Assembly (NCBI GenBank): GCA_965644495.1
Contig: CBFFSA010000072.1
Coordinates: forward strand, 1-27,278
Reading direction: 5' to 3'
Source of the DNA: Perkinsela sp. CCAP 1560/9
Lineage: Eukaryota; Protista; Euglenozoa: Kinetoplastea
DNA: 27,278 nucleotides
A program made the translations under genes and the position numbers. Below are positions 19,041 to 27,278 of this stretch, piece after piece. Under the pieces are notes generated by a model. It ran no database searches. It was not told the origin of the DNA and saw nothing but the letters and a program-made list of their open reading frames with translations. Position 1 is the first letter of the stretch. Every line of letters starts with the position of its first letter.

Positions 19041-20165
19041 ATGGGCGTGTTTACGCGCGCCAAGGCGAAAGAAGCAGGTGTAGCACCTGTGATTTTGCCT
19101 CTGCCGGAGACAAAGCGCAAGAAAAAACATCCTCTGCCGCTGCCCGAAGAAGGAATTCAGTTCGGAAAAATACGTCACCCCCCCCTACAGACGAACTCGC
19201 CACAGCTGCGAAACTCCACGAACATGCCTGGAACAAACTCTTTAACGATCCAGAAATAGCACCAATCCTGAGGGCCACTACCACCAAAGGGAGTTACGAC
19301 TGGCTTATGTCACATACGAGATATATTCCACCCCACGTTTTTGAATTAGCCATAATGCCGAGATTGGGGATGGAACATCCGCGCCTGCCGAAAAGCTTGC
19401 TATGCCCAGGATGCCGTTCCATACTCGACAACAGATCAGCTCTCACTCACATCAGTGGATGTGCGCAATGCTCTGGTATCAATGCCTCCGTGAAGCACAA
19501 CATGCTGGTGAAATTCTTGCACGACCTTTGCATGCGCGCAGGGATACCATGTGAGAGTGAACCTCGAGCATTCAGTAACTGGACGTGCACTACGTGTAGA
19601 AATGTGGTAAGCCGAGAAAGCCAACCTACGCACAGCAAAATATGTACAGGACGGCACCTTCATCGATCTGGGCCAGACCTTGTGATATACTGGGACACAG
19701 GAGCTATATTTTATGATCTTACCGTCGTGCACGAGATGACACCTTCCCACATAAATAAGAAAAGCTCTCAATTGATCCGTGACGTCATTCATCGCAAAAT
19801 GGAAACTTACGTCGCAACGGGAATGATCGCCCAAGAATCGTTCTAATGCATTCCGATTCTGTCCTCCGGATCACTACACGCGAACACACGCAATCTGATC
19901 AGAGCCTTGGCAGACGCTTGTCTTCTGAACGCCCGCGAGACGGAACTCTCGTTCAAGCTACTGTTGCAAAACTTCAACGGCCTCGTGGTATACTCCCAAC
20001 TTCGGGAGCACCTCGAAGACAAGTAATAGATTTTAGAAATATTCTATAATGGTGAAATAGCTGAGAGATAATATCCGTTGACATCTAAATATTATATATT
20101 TTCTATTTTATACGGAGATAGTTTCTCTTCGAAAATTGAGAGAAGGGGGGAAGGAGCACATTTCT
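19041..20165 (+). mobile_element. Element E2: internally deleted CRE copy (N-terminus joined to zinc/RLE region), with a nonsense mutation
   Basis: ATG 19041 MGVFTRAKAKEAGVAPVILPLP resembles F's SRAKDTGVAPEVVPLP, then switches near 19175 to the C-terminal region. In-frame TAA at 19844 lies where A/F have Gln; the frame continues to a stop at 20026. 3' UTR motif shared with A; no poly(A). Confidence 0.75.
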
Positions 20166-20388
20166 CATTTTCCTACGTGGTTTCCTGCTGTAGAGAGCTT
20201 ATAGGATTTCACAGGAGAAATGCCTCCTGCCCGCGACGCCATCTCCTGCGGCTGCGCCCCCAGCCGCGCCGCGTTCTCCGCCCGCCGCGTCTCCCCCTCC
20301 CGCCGCGCTTCCGTCTCCTCCCCCCGTCACGCTGCCTTCGCCTCCCGCCGCGCTGCCTTTTCATCCCACCGAGCCTTCTCCTCCCACC

Positions 20389-23300
20389 GTGGAGCCGCCA
20401 TTTCCTCACAGCAGGGCGAAGGACACTGGAGTAGCTCCAGAGGTTGTACCGCTGCCGCCGTCCCGACGAGGGAAGAAGAAAACGCTTGAAGTGGGGCTGC
20501 CGCCCACAACTCCGCAACATTCGCCACCGCTGCAGCAGCGATCGCCACATTCGGGGCAAAAAAAGAAACCTTCTGAGGATTTGCCACAGTCGACGCCACG
20601 GATTATACAATCTGCTGCGTTGCCTCTCTGCGACGTCTGCTCTCCCGCTGCGCCTCCGTTCCCCCCCATTGCGCCGCCGCTGCCGCCTCCCGCTGCACTG
20701 ATGCAGGTCACACCCTCCACGTGCTCAAGCCACCAGCGCCTCCACCACCGCAACAGTCCAGAGCCTCCAGCGACCACAACACCGCAACAGTCGCCGCCGC
20801 CGCCGCAGCGATCGCCACCTTCGCGGCAAAAAAAGAAAGCTCCTGAGACCCTGCCGCCACAGCCGCCGCCGTCCCATTGCGCTGCGCCGCCACCTTTACT
20901 TGCTCCGCCGTCCACTCCAGCTGCACTGGTGCAGGTCACACCCTTTACGCAATCGAGCATGCATGCGCTGTCGCGGAAAGCCCGCGCCAGCGTTACGGCG
21001 ATGCAAACTGAGAGCCATCAACTTTCAGCAATCATCACGACGCAAACTACACGCCCGAGCCCTGAATCGCCAGATTTGCCACCGCCGTTGCAACCGCCGT
21101 CGCTGCCACCTCTGACACCGTTATCAGCTCCAGACCTCCATGATCCACTAAATTCTGCTAAAAATCATACGAGTTCGATGAATCATTCCCCAAGATGTCA
21201 AGACAGATCCAGCGAAGCGCCAAACATGCCACCGAGCGATGGGATGGCCAGCAAAGAAATCGATAAACATTCGAAATCCAACTGCCGTATTCGATTCAAG
21301 AACTCGCTCATCTCGTCCAGCTTTTTTAGTCGACGGAACAAACAGTTGAATTTAGTACAACAAAGTAAAGAACACGAGAACAGCAACCCGACACTTCGAC
21401 ATCCAGAAGGGAGCGTCATGCTAAAAACTAACACTGCAAAAGAAACTGCCTTCACCAACTGTAGTACAGAACCGACTTACGCAGACGCAGCCACCCCCCC
21501 ACCGAAGGATCCGGAAACCCTTAATGAACTTGTCATGCGCCCACTAAATCCATCCTCCTTGATGATGGAAACTCTTCGACGGAGATACAAAGAACAGATA
21601 GACACAGCACAAACCGTTGCCGAGAACGATGTTCCTAGAGAGCAACTAGGAATTCGAAGAAAAACCATGCCAGAACAGCTTCCCGGAAAACCGATGACAC
21701 CATCCCCGGCCGACGATCTCAACAATTACACTGACGCTACCCCGACTCCAATTACGGAAAAGAGCACAGGAGCAGAAGAGTCTATAGACAAAGATGTTGA
21801 ATTTCACGACTGTGAGTCTCCGACTCGCGGCGCAGCCCTTGAAACCCCACTACCACCAATTCCTGTGGACATAGCTGACGAAATACAGAGAGGTTCCGCG
21901 ATCACATTTTGCGATGGAATAAATGGCGAAGTCTTCGAGAACATTATCGGAGCCATAAAACCGGAAACAGAGTTCCCCATCACCTCCAATGACATCATCC
22001 AATCACTATCTCACATCAAAAACGGAGCGACGTGCACTATCGCTTGGACTTTCGACAGGCAAACGAAAATCAACATATCGGAGGGGGTCGTTACAAAAAC
22101 AAATTGCAGAGCTAACAAGAAGAAGATCACTCTTCGGTACAGAGGTATCAAAGGCCATCATGCAAGCGAATATTTCGACGGCTTCCTTCCGCCTCAAGAA
22201 AACGTACGGATCTTTCACCTACGGTGGCACATAACGCCGCCAGAGTTGGATGAAAGCGACGAACAATCACACGAAGATACCACATTCAACAGTTTAGGTT
22301 TCAATGTGAGTGACTGGAAAGGCGACGACGTTGACCACCTTCCGATTCCCACGGCCAAAACAATTAGTCCAGACTTCATTCCGCGAATACTTGCCATATA
22401 TCGAGACATTATGCAACCGTACCATCAAAGCGACTATCCGCAAAGGAACAAAATATGGAACCAAGTTCTGTCTGCTATGAAACTGTCTCTTGCAGAGGTC
22501 CGTCAATCCAGTGTCAGACAAAGACGCCGAAGACCTCTACGAGACCCGTTTAATGACGACAAGGCGGAAGAAGAAGTAGTAGCGAAAGAGGACCGAAGAG
22601 CCATCAAGAGAGTAACACGTCTTGCCTTAGAAGGCTGCGTTTCCAAAGCATGTAAAGTACTTGATCGTTCGTTTCAGAATAAGTCACTTACAGACCAAGA
22701 AACCATACAAAAGCTGCGAGACCTGCATCCGGAACAAAACAGCAAATTTGACGCACCCGTAGATGCACCCATCATAGCTGCAGTTTCGCCGTTCGAAATT
22801 CGCAGCGCCAGCAAACGGTTGGCGAAAGGCGTCAGCCCGGGTCCCACAGGAACAACGGATAGTGTTATTAGACTACTGGTTGACGACGAGCCATGTTGTG
22901 GGAGTATGTGTCACATGATGGGGGACCTGATCAACGGATTTCTTTCACGCCAAGTGATGCAAAGACTTAATCGGGCCCGTCTGGTTGCAATAGCAAAACC
23001 CGACGGAGGAGTTCGGCCTGTAGCGATTGGCGAAATATTTGGTAAGCTAGCCGGCCTGATATTGCTGCAGAGGTATGAAAAAACGCTGGAACCCCTTTTC
23101 TCTCCAATGCAACAGGGGGTGTTTTCGCAGGCGGGGTGTGAAAGAATCGTCCACAAGCTACGCGACCGATATCGAGACGGTCACACGATTCTATCTGTCG
23201 ACATGAGGAATGCATTTAACACCCCTTCAAGGACCGAAATGGCCAAAAGCGTCTTTGCATTTGCAACACTCAAACCTTTCCAGAGGTTCTTCACCGCCGA

Positions 23301-25002
23301 ATACTCCGAACCCTCTGACCTGCTGTATTTCGGTTCTGATGGCAATTTAGCGAGCATTATACCGAGTTCCGCTGGAGTACGACAAGGTTCTGCCTTAGCA
23401 AGTCTATACTTTTGTGTATTTTGTCAGCCGATCCTTGAAACGTTGGCCATGGAATTCCCTGGTGTAGAAATCAACGCTTACATCGACGATATAACTCTGG
23501 TTTCGCGAGACCCTAACGAATTAGAAACGGTGTTTTACCGACTTAGAGATCTTCTCAAGCAGAAACGGGTGAGTCTCGCCGAGACGAAGTGTGTGTGGTT
23601 TCAGGGAATGTCAGGAAACTCCATACCATGGTCTCTTCAACAGCAAGGTCTTAAAACAGAATTCGATGCCATTAAGATACTGGGTGCTCACATAGGTGAA
23701 AACGAGTCGATTAGTGAAAGGCTCCTTCGACAGGTAAACAAACATGATGACGGGTTTAGGCGGCTAAAGAAAATGGGTATAAATAATATTTCTCTTCTGC
23801 TGCTGTCTAAATGCGTAAACATTAGACTGCAATACCTCATGCGCGTTCACGAAGCGGACACCACAGACACTGCTACTGCGGAGTTTGATCAAAAAGTCGA
23901 GGATGTCGTGGAAGCCTGGTTCGGGCCGTTATCATCAAATCAAAAGAAAATCATCCGTCTTCCATTCAAAAAAGGGGGTTTCGGATTAACAGCCAGTAAT
24001 CCCAATAGAGCGAATGCGTACGCTGCTTCGCGTTTTTCAGTTCTTGAGCGCCAAAGATCTTCTTCAGCTCGGACTGTAACAAACACCACAGCTGCACACA
24101 AATGCATTCCAAAGAAATCTAGTCTAAAAATTACACCTGTTGACGACGAAACATCCAACGTGATTCAACATGAAAAGGATTGGAAAGAATTGCTGCTAAA
24201 TCCCGAACTTAAGCCCATACTTCAAGCCACTTCCTTCAAAGGCAACAACGACTGGCTCACGTCACATGTACGAAGTATACCGTCACACCTATTTAAGCTT
24301 GCGGTTATGCCTAGGCTAAATGCTCAACATCAAAATCTTCCGACCAACCTTCTTTGCCCGGGATGTGGCATTGTTCTCGACAATCGGAATGCTCTGTCAC
24401 ATATCCCAGGATGCGTTCAATGCTCAGGATTCAATTCAACGGCGAAGCACAATGCACTTGTTACATTTCTACAGCTACTATGCCACAAAGCTGGATTGCC
24501 ATGTGAAAAGGAACCCAGAGCTTTCTCGTCATGGAAATGTCTGCAGTGCGGAGATATAATTAATCCAAGCAATCACGTAACTCATCAGAAAGTTTGCACT
24601 GGAAGACGGCTATGCCGATCCGGACCGGATCTCGTTATTTATTGGAACAACGGCGAGGTATACTATGACTTAACCGTAATACACGAGCTTTCGCAGAGCA
24701 ATAGGTCTAAAAAATGCATCCAACTAATCAACGACGCGATCAAAAGGAAACATAACACGTACGTGCAGACGAATATTATACGAGAAGAATGCTTCCAATG
24801 CTTGCCTATTCTGTCCGGAGGTTCTTTACATCGCAACACGCAAAGTCTGATCCATGCGATAGCAGATGCTGCCGTACTAGACCGGCAGGGGGTTGAACAG
24901 GAATTTAAACTACTGGTGCAGGAATTAAATGGTCTAGCAGTTTATTCCCACCTTCGGAAATACCTAAACGAAGAAAGCGCTACGCAGGAATTCAGTCTAT
25001 AA
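20389..25002 (+). CDS. Non-LTR retrotransposon protein: Pro-rich N-terminus, RT, zinc motifs, restriction-like endonuclease
   Basis: RARLVAIAKPDGGVRPVAIGE, VDMRNAFN, GVRQGS, YIDD, CPGC..H..C, KHN, E..GPD..YD..K. The frame is open from 20194; the first in-frame ATG is 20701, so the true start is unclear. Confidence 0.93.
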   Translation: MEPPFPHSRAKDTGVAPEVVPLPPSRRGKKKTLEVGLPPTTPQHSPPLQQRSPHSGQKKKPSEDLPQSTPRIIQSAALPLCDVCSPAAPPFPPIAPPLPPPAALMQVTPSTCSSHQRLHHRNSPEPPATTTPQQSPPPPQRSPPSRQKKKAPETLPPQPPPSHCAAPPPLLAPPSTPAALVQVTPFTQSSMHALSRKARASVTAMQTESHQLSAIITTQTTRPSPESPDLPPPLQPPSLPPLTPLSAPDLHDPLNSAKNHTSSMNHSPRCQDRSSEAPNMPPSDGMASKEIDKHSKSNCRIRFKNSLISSSFFSRRNKQLNLVQQSKEHENSNPTLRHPEGSVMLKTNTAKETAFTNCSTEPTYADAATPPPKDPETLNELVMRPLNPSSLMMETLRRRYKEQIDTAQTVAENDVPREQLGIRRKTMPEQLPGKPMTPSPADDLNNYTDATPTPITEKSTGAEESIDKDVEFHDCESPTRGAALETPLPPIPVDIADEIQRGSAITFCDGINGEVFENIIGAIKPETEFPITSNDIIQSLSHIKNGATCTIAWTFDRQTKINISEGVVTKTNCRANKKKITLRYRGIKGHHASEYFDGFLPPQENVRIFHLRWHITPPELDESDEQSHEDTTFNSLGFNVSDWKGDDVDHLPIPTAKTISPDFIPRILAIYRDIMQPYHQSDYPQRNKIWNQVLSAMKLSLAEVRQSSVRQRRRRPLRDPFNDDKAEEEVVAKEDRRAIKRVTRLALEGCVSKACKVLDRSFQNKSLTDQETIQKLRDLHPEQNSKFDAPVDAPIIAAVSPFEIRSASKRLAKGVSPGPTGTTDSVIRLLVDDEPCCGSMCHMMGDLINGFLSRQVMQRLNRARLVAIAKPDGGVRPVAIGEIFGKLAGLILLQRYEKTLEPLFSPMQQGVFSQAGCERIVHKLRDRYRDGHTILSVDMRNAFNTPSRTEMAKSVFAFATLKPFQRFFTAEYSEPSDLLYFGSDGNLASIIPSSAGVRQGSALASLYFCVFCQPILETLAMEFPGVEINAYIDDITLVSRDPNELETVFYRLRDLLKQKRVSLAETKCVWFQGMSGNSIPWSLQQQGLKTEFDAIKILGAHIGENESISERLLRQVNKHDDGFRRLKKMGINNISLLLLSKCVNIRLQYLMRVHEADTTDTATAEFDQKVEDVVEAWFGPLSSNQKKIIRLPFKKGGFGLTASNPNRANAYAASRFSVLERQRSSSARTVTNTTAAHKCIPKKSSLKITPVDDETSNVIQHEKDWKELLLNPELKPILQATSFKGNNDWLTSHVRSIPSHLFKLAVMPRLNAQHQNLPTNLLCPGCGIVLDNRNALSHIPGCVQCSGFNSTAKHNALVTFLQLLCHKAGLPCEKEPRAFSSWKCLQCGDIINPSNHVTHQKVCTGRRLCRSGPDLVIYWNNGEVYYDLTVIHELSQSNRSKKCIQLINDAIKRKHNTYVQTNIIREECFQCLPILSGGSLHRNTQSLIHAIADAAVLDRQGVEQEFKLLVQELNGLAVYSHLRKYLNEESATQEFSL
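20505..20946 (+). repeat. Imperfect internal duplication in F's Pro-rich region
   Basis: TTPQHSPPLQQRSPHSGQKKK...AALMQVTP is repeated as TTPQQSPPPPQRSPPSRQKKK...AALVQVTP. Confidence 0.8.
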
Positions 25003-25201
25003 ATCAGCTCATTAGTTTTTTATATCATAATACGAAATATTACACAGCTTGCAAAGTCGCGCAAGCATTATATAAGCCTTATCTCTGATCCGTCATTGTG
25101 GCAGAATGCAATGACAGGGGTCTTACAAAAAACGATGGATGGGTATTTACTATAGAAAATATGCAATATTCCAAAAAAAAAAAAAAAAAAAAAAAAAAAA
25201 T

Positions 25202-25238
25202 AATTTAACGATAAAGATACAGTTTCTGTACCTTGTTG
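25202..25238 (+). other. Spliced-leader (mini-exon)-like sequence without intron
   Basis: AATTTAACGATAAAGATACAGTTTCTGTACCTTGTTG compared with kinetoplastid SL AACTAACG...GATACAGTTTCTGTACTATATTG; followed by AA rather than a GT donor. Confidence 0.75.
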
Positions 25239-25289
25239 AACCTTTTTTTCCTTTCTTTAGTTACTCCCCGGGGATTAGCGTCCTTCCCC

Positions 25290-27278
25290 ATGAAAAGCGA
25301 TCAAAGTCTTCGATCTCGCGCAAGCCTAGACAAAAATCCACCTTCACCCCACATATTGACTAACACAAACGAAGGTAAGCTCAGCGAAGGCACTTTCACC
25401 GATGAAGAGCGTTCCCACCGACTCGGCAGTTGGGACCAGTTTGAGGGGAACAAACACTTGATCTCCACTGCAAGTACATACAACGAGCAACTTTATACCA
25501 CGCCGATCCCCATGGATATTCCCGCGGAATGGATGGATCACGCACGCCAAATTGCACAGGAGAGGGAAACTCCAGACACGGGCCATACTGAGGCAGAAAA
25601 CGAGGAAATGCAACACTGTGGGGTAAGACGGCAGAGCACAACTCATGAGAACGCACCTGCATCTCGGACCCCCGACAAAACACTGAAGCTTAATGCCGTA
25701 GTACAGGACGTCTCTCCCCGTCTGCTACACAACGTTTCTCCCTCGAAAGGACCCACGAAGACAGACACGAGGCATTCTAAACGAATACCGGCGACAGAGA
25801 AAAACCCTCCCTCACCTCTCCTAGCTGAGGCCAAGGACTCAGCCACCGAAGTTACACAAAACAGAGAAGAATTCCGAGAATGCCCGGCGATGGGATGCAC
25901 TTGGCGGAGCCCGGCGCACGGGGTATCGTGGCAAGCGTTTTATAACCACGTCGCCTGTCGCCACGGTAGCAGCATCCCTGCCGCCTGGTGGGCTACAGAA
26001 GGTAGATTCCTGTGTGCTGCATGCGGGCGCTCTTACGATGTCAATAAAAGGGAAACACACCCACAGTCCTGCAAGGGAAAGATGACAACCCCTCAAAGCC
26101 CATCACACATGTCACACCCAAGCGACGAAAGCCACCCCCCCACAACTCAGATGCATCAACCCGAGCTTCCCTCGTTGGCCTCTATTTCTCAGACACAATT
26201 GAGCACTTGCAAAGACGTCCCCGCCCGATGCCGTCATCTTTGGGGAGAAATCTTAACAAAAACGGCCGAAAACGCAGTCAAGGAAAACTCCCCCGCCGCG
26301 TGGACGTTATTCGCTATGCTCCCGAAGTGTCTCCTACCAGCTCCGCACCGAGGAGGACGCAAGAATCACACAACATACGCATCATTCGTCGAAAAGTGCA
26401 TGAACCGATGGCTGGCGCAAGATTACGTACCCTTGTGGAATGATACAGTAAACAACGCCCTCAAAAAGCAATCCGCAACCCCTAACATAGTTCACGATGA
26501 GGAGGAAAAAGCTGCCATCCGGTCAGAATTGCTGGTTCGACAAGGCGAGTACTCAAGAGGAATGGCAGCACTCACGGCTGACCCAATGGCTCCTGACGAC
26601 GAAGAAACGTATATCAAGCTTCAGAACAAACACCCGTGCCGCCTTTCAGACAGCGACGCCATCGATTACACCCCCCCACCAACAGCGCCCTTACAGGTAG
26701 ATGAAGCGACAGTCGCGAAAACCATCAAAAGCTTTCACCGAGGCTCCTCCGCCGGAACCATGGGCCTACGCCCAGAACACCTACAAGTGGCACTCCTAGC
26801 GCAGGTAGACAACACTACGAAACCTCTCAAAGCTATTACAAACCTCGTAAATCACCTTCTAGCCGGTAAAGCCCCTCTAGAGGTTCAACCGTATTTCGCC
26901 GGAGCCAGACTTTGCGCCTTAGAAAAGGGCGAAAACGACGTCCGACCCATAGCTGCGGGGGAAACTATTCGTCGATTGGTCAGCAAAACTGCGTGCAACG
27001 TAGTTAAAGCCAAGGCAAGCGGCATATTCGCAGGGCTACAGTTCGGAGTGGCGACACCAGTCGGAGCTGAACGCATAATCCACACTTGTCGACAAGCCAT
27101 GGCCATCCACACTGATAACCCTGACTTTGTTCTTTGCAAAGTAGACCTCAGAAACGCCTTTAACAACGTTAGCAGAACCGCCTTCCTGAAGCTTGTAAGC
27201 GAGCACTTCCCAGAATTATTCCCATGGGCAAGCTGGTGCTATACCACCACTAGTGCATTGACTTACCGAACCCACACG
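25290..27278 (+). CDS. CRE-clade element G protein, 5'-complete, runs off the window (absent from the ORF track)
   Basis: Manual translation from ATG 25290 gives zinc fingers CPAMGC..HVACRH and CAAC..H..C; the same frame gives ARLCALEKGENDVRPIAAGETIRRLVSK, QFGV and VDLRNAFN. Confidence 0.9.
   Translation, partial: MKSDQSLRSRASLDKNPPSPHILTNTNEGKLSEGTFTDEERSHRLGSWDQFEGNKHLISTASTYNEQLYTTPIPMDIPAEWMDHARQIAQERETPDTGHTEAENEEMQHCGVRRQSTTHENAPASRTPDKTLKLNAVVQDVSPRLLHNVSPSKGPTKTDTRHSKRIPATEKNPPSPLLAEAKDSATEVTQNREEFRECPAMGCTWRSPAHGVSWQAFYNHVACRHGSSIPAAWWATEGRFLCAACGRSYDVNKRETHPQSCKGKMTTPQSPSHMSHPSDESHPPTTQMHQPELPSLASISQTQLSTCKDVPARCRHLWGEILTKTAENAVKENSPAAWTLFAMLPKCLLPAPHRGGRKNHTTYASFVEKCMNRWLAQDYVPLWNDTVNNALKKQSATPNIVHDEEEKAAIRSELLVRQGEYSRGMAALTADPMAPDDEETYIKLQNKHPCRLSDSDAIDYTPPPTAPLQVDEATVAKTIKSFHRGSSAGTMGLRPEHLQVALLAQVDNTTKPLKAITNLVNHLLAGKAPLEVQPYFAGARLCALEKGENDVRPIAAGETIRRLVSKTACNVVKAKASGIFAGLQFGVATPVGAERIIHTCRQAMAIHTDNPDFVLCKVDLRNAFNNVSRTAFLKLVSEHFPELFPWASWCYTTTSALTYRTHT

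Larger units (their letters stand above)
20194..25200 (+). mobile_element. CRE/SLACS-clade element F, near full length
   Basis: Single long ORF, 170-nt 3' UTR, A28 tail at 25173-25200. 5' boundary uncertain. Confidence 0.93.

Noticed and set aside
19844-19846. In-frame TAA as evidence of a reassigned genetic code
   Set aside because: Single CAA>TAA change in a decayed copy; homologous ORFs use TAA as a true terminator.

Overview
Eukaryotic, repeat-only window with no host genes; a kinetoplastid/diplonemid-type spliced-leader (SL) exon suggests a euglenozoan host. Left to right: (1) an 8.9-kb array of the 10-mer TTTCTTCCTC (GAGGAAGAAA on the minus strand), a candidate non-canonical telomere or terminal satellite. 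(2) A ~5.7-kb tyrosine-recombinase (YR) retrotransposon with gag-YR-RT/RNase H order (VIPER/TATE-like), bounded by 72-bp inverted repeats made of palindromic, recombinase-site-like units. It is interrupted between gag and YR by an 18-mer array flanked by a target-site duplication (TSD). (3) A head-to-tail and nested stack of CRE/SLACS-clade non-LTR retrotransposons of several subfamilies, all on the + strand with poly(A) tails pointing away from the 10-mer array. The stack includes one near-full-length copy, one SL-headed copy running off the window, and a ~250-nt highly structured RNA-like retroposon. The most interesting signals are the array/element junction falling exactly at a putative recombinase arm-spacer boundary, the polarity of the stack (as expected for addition at a chromosome end), intronless SL exons at element junctions, and a reconstructed gag-UAG-YR readthrough / -1 frameshift architecture. 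All alignments and folds were done by eye.
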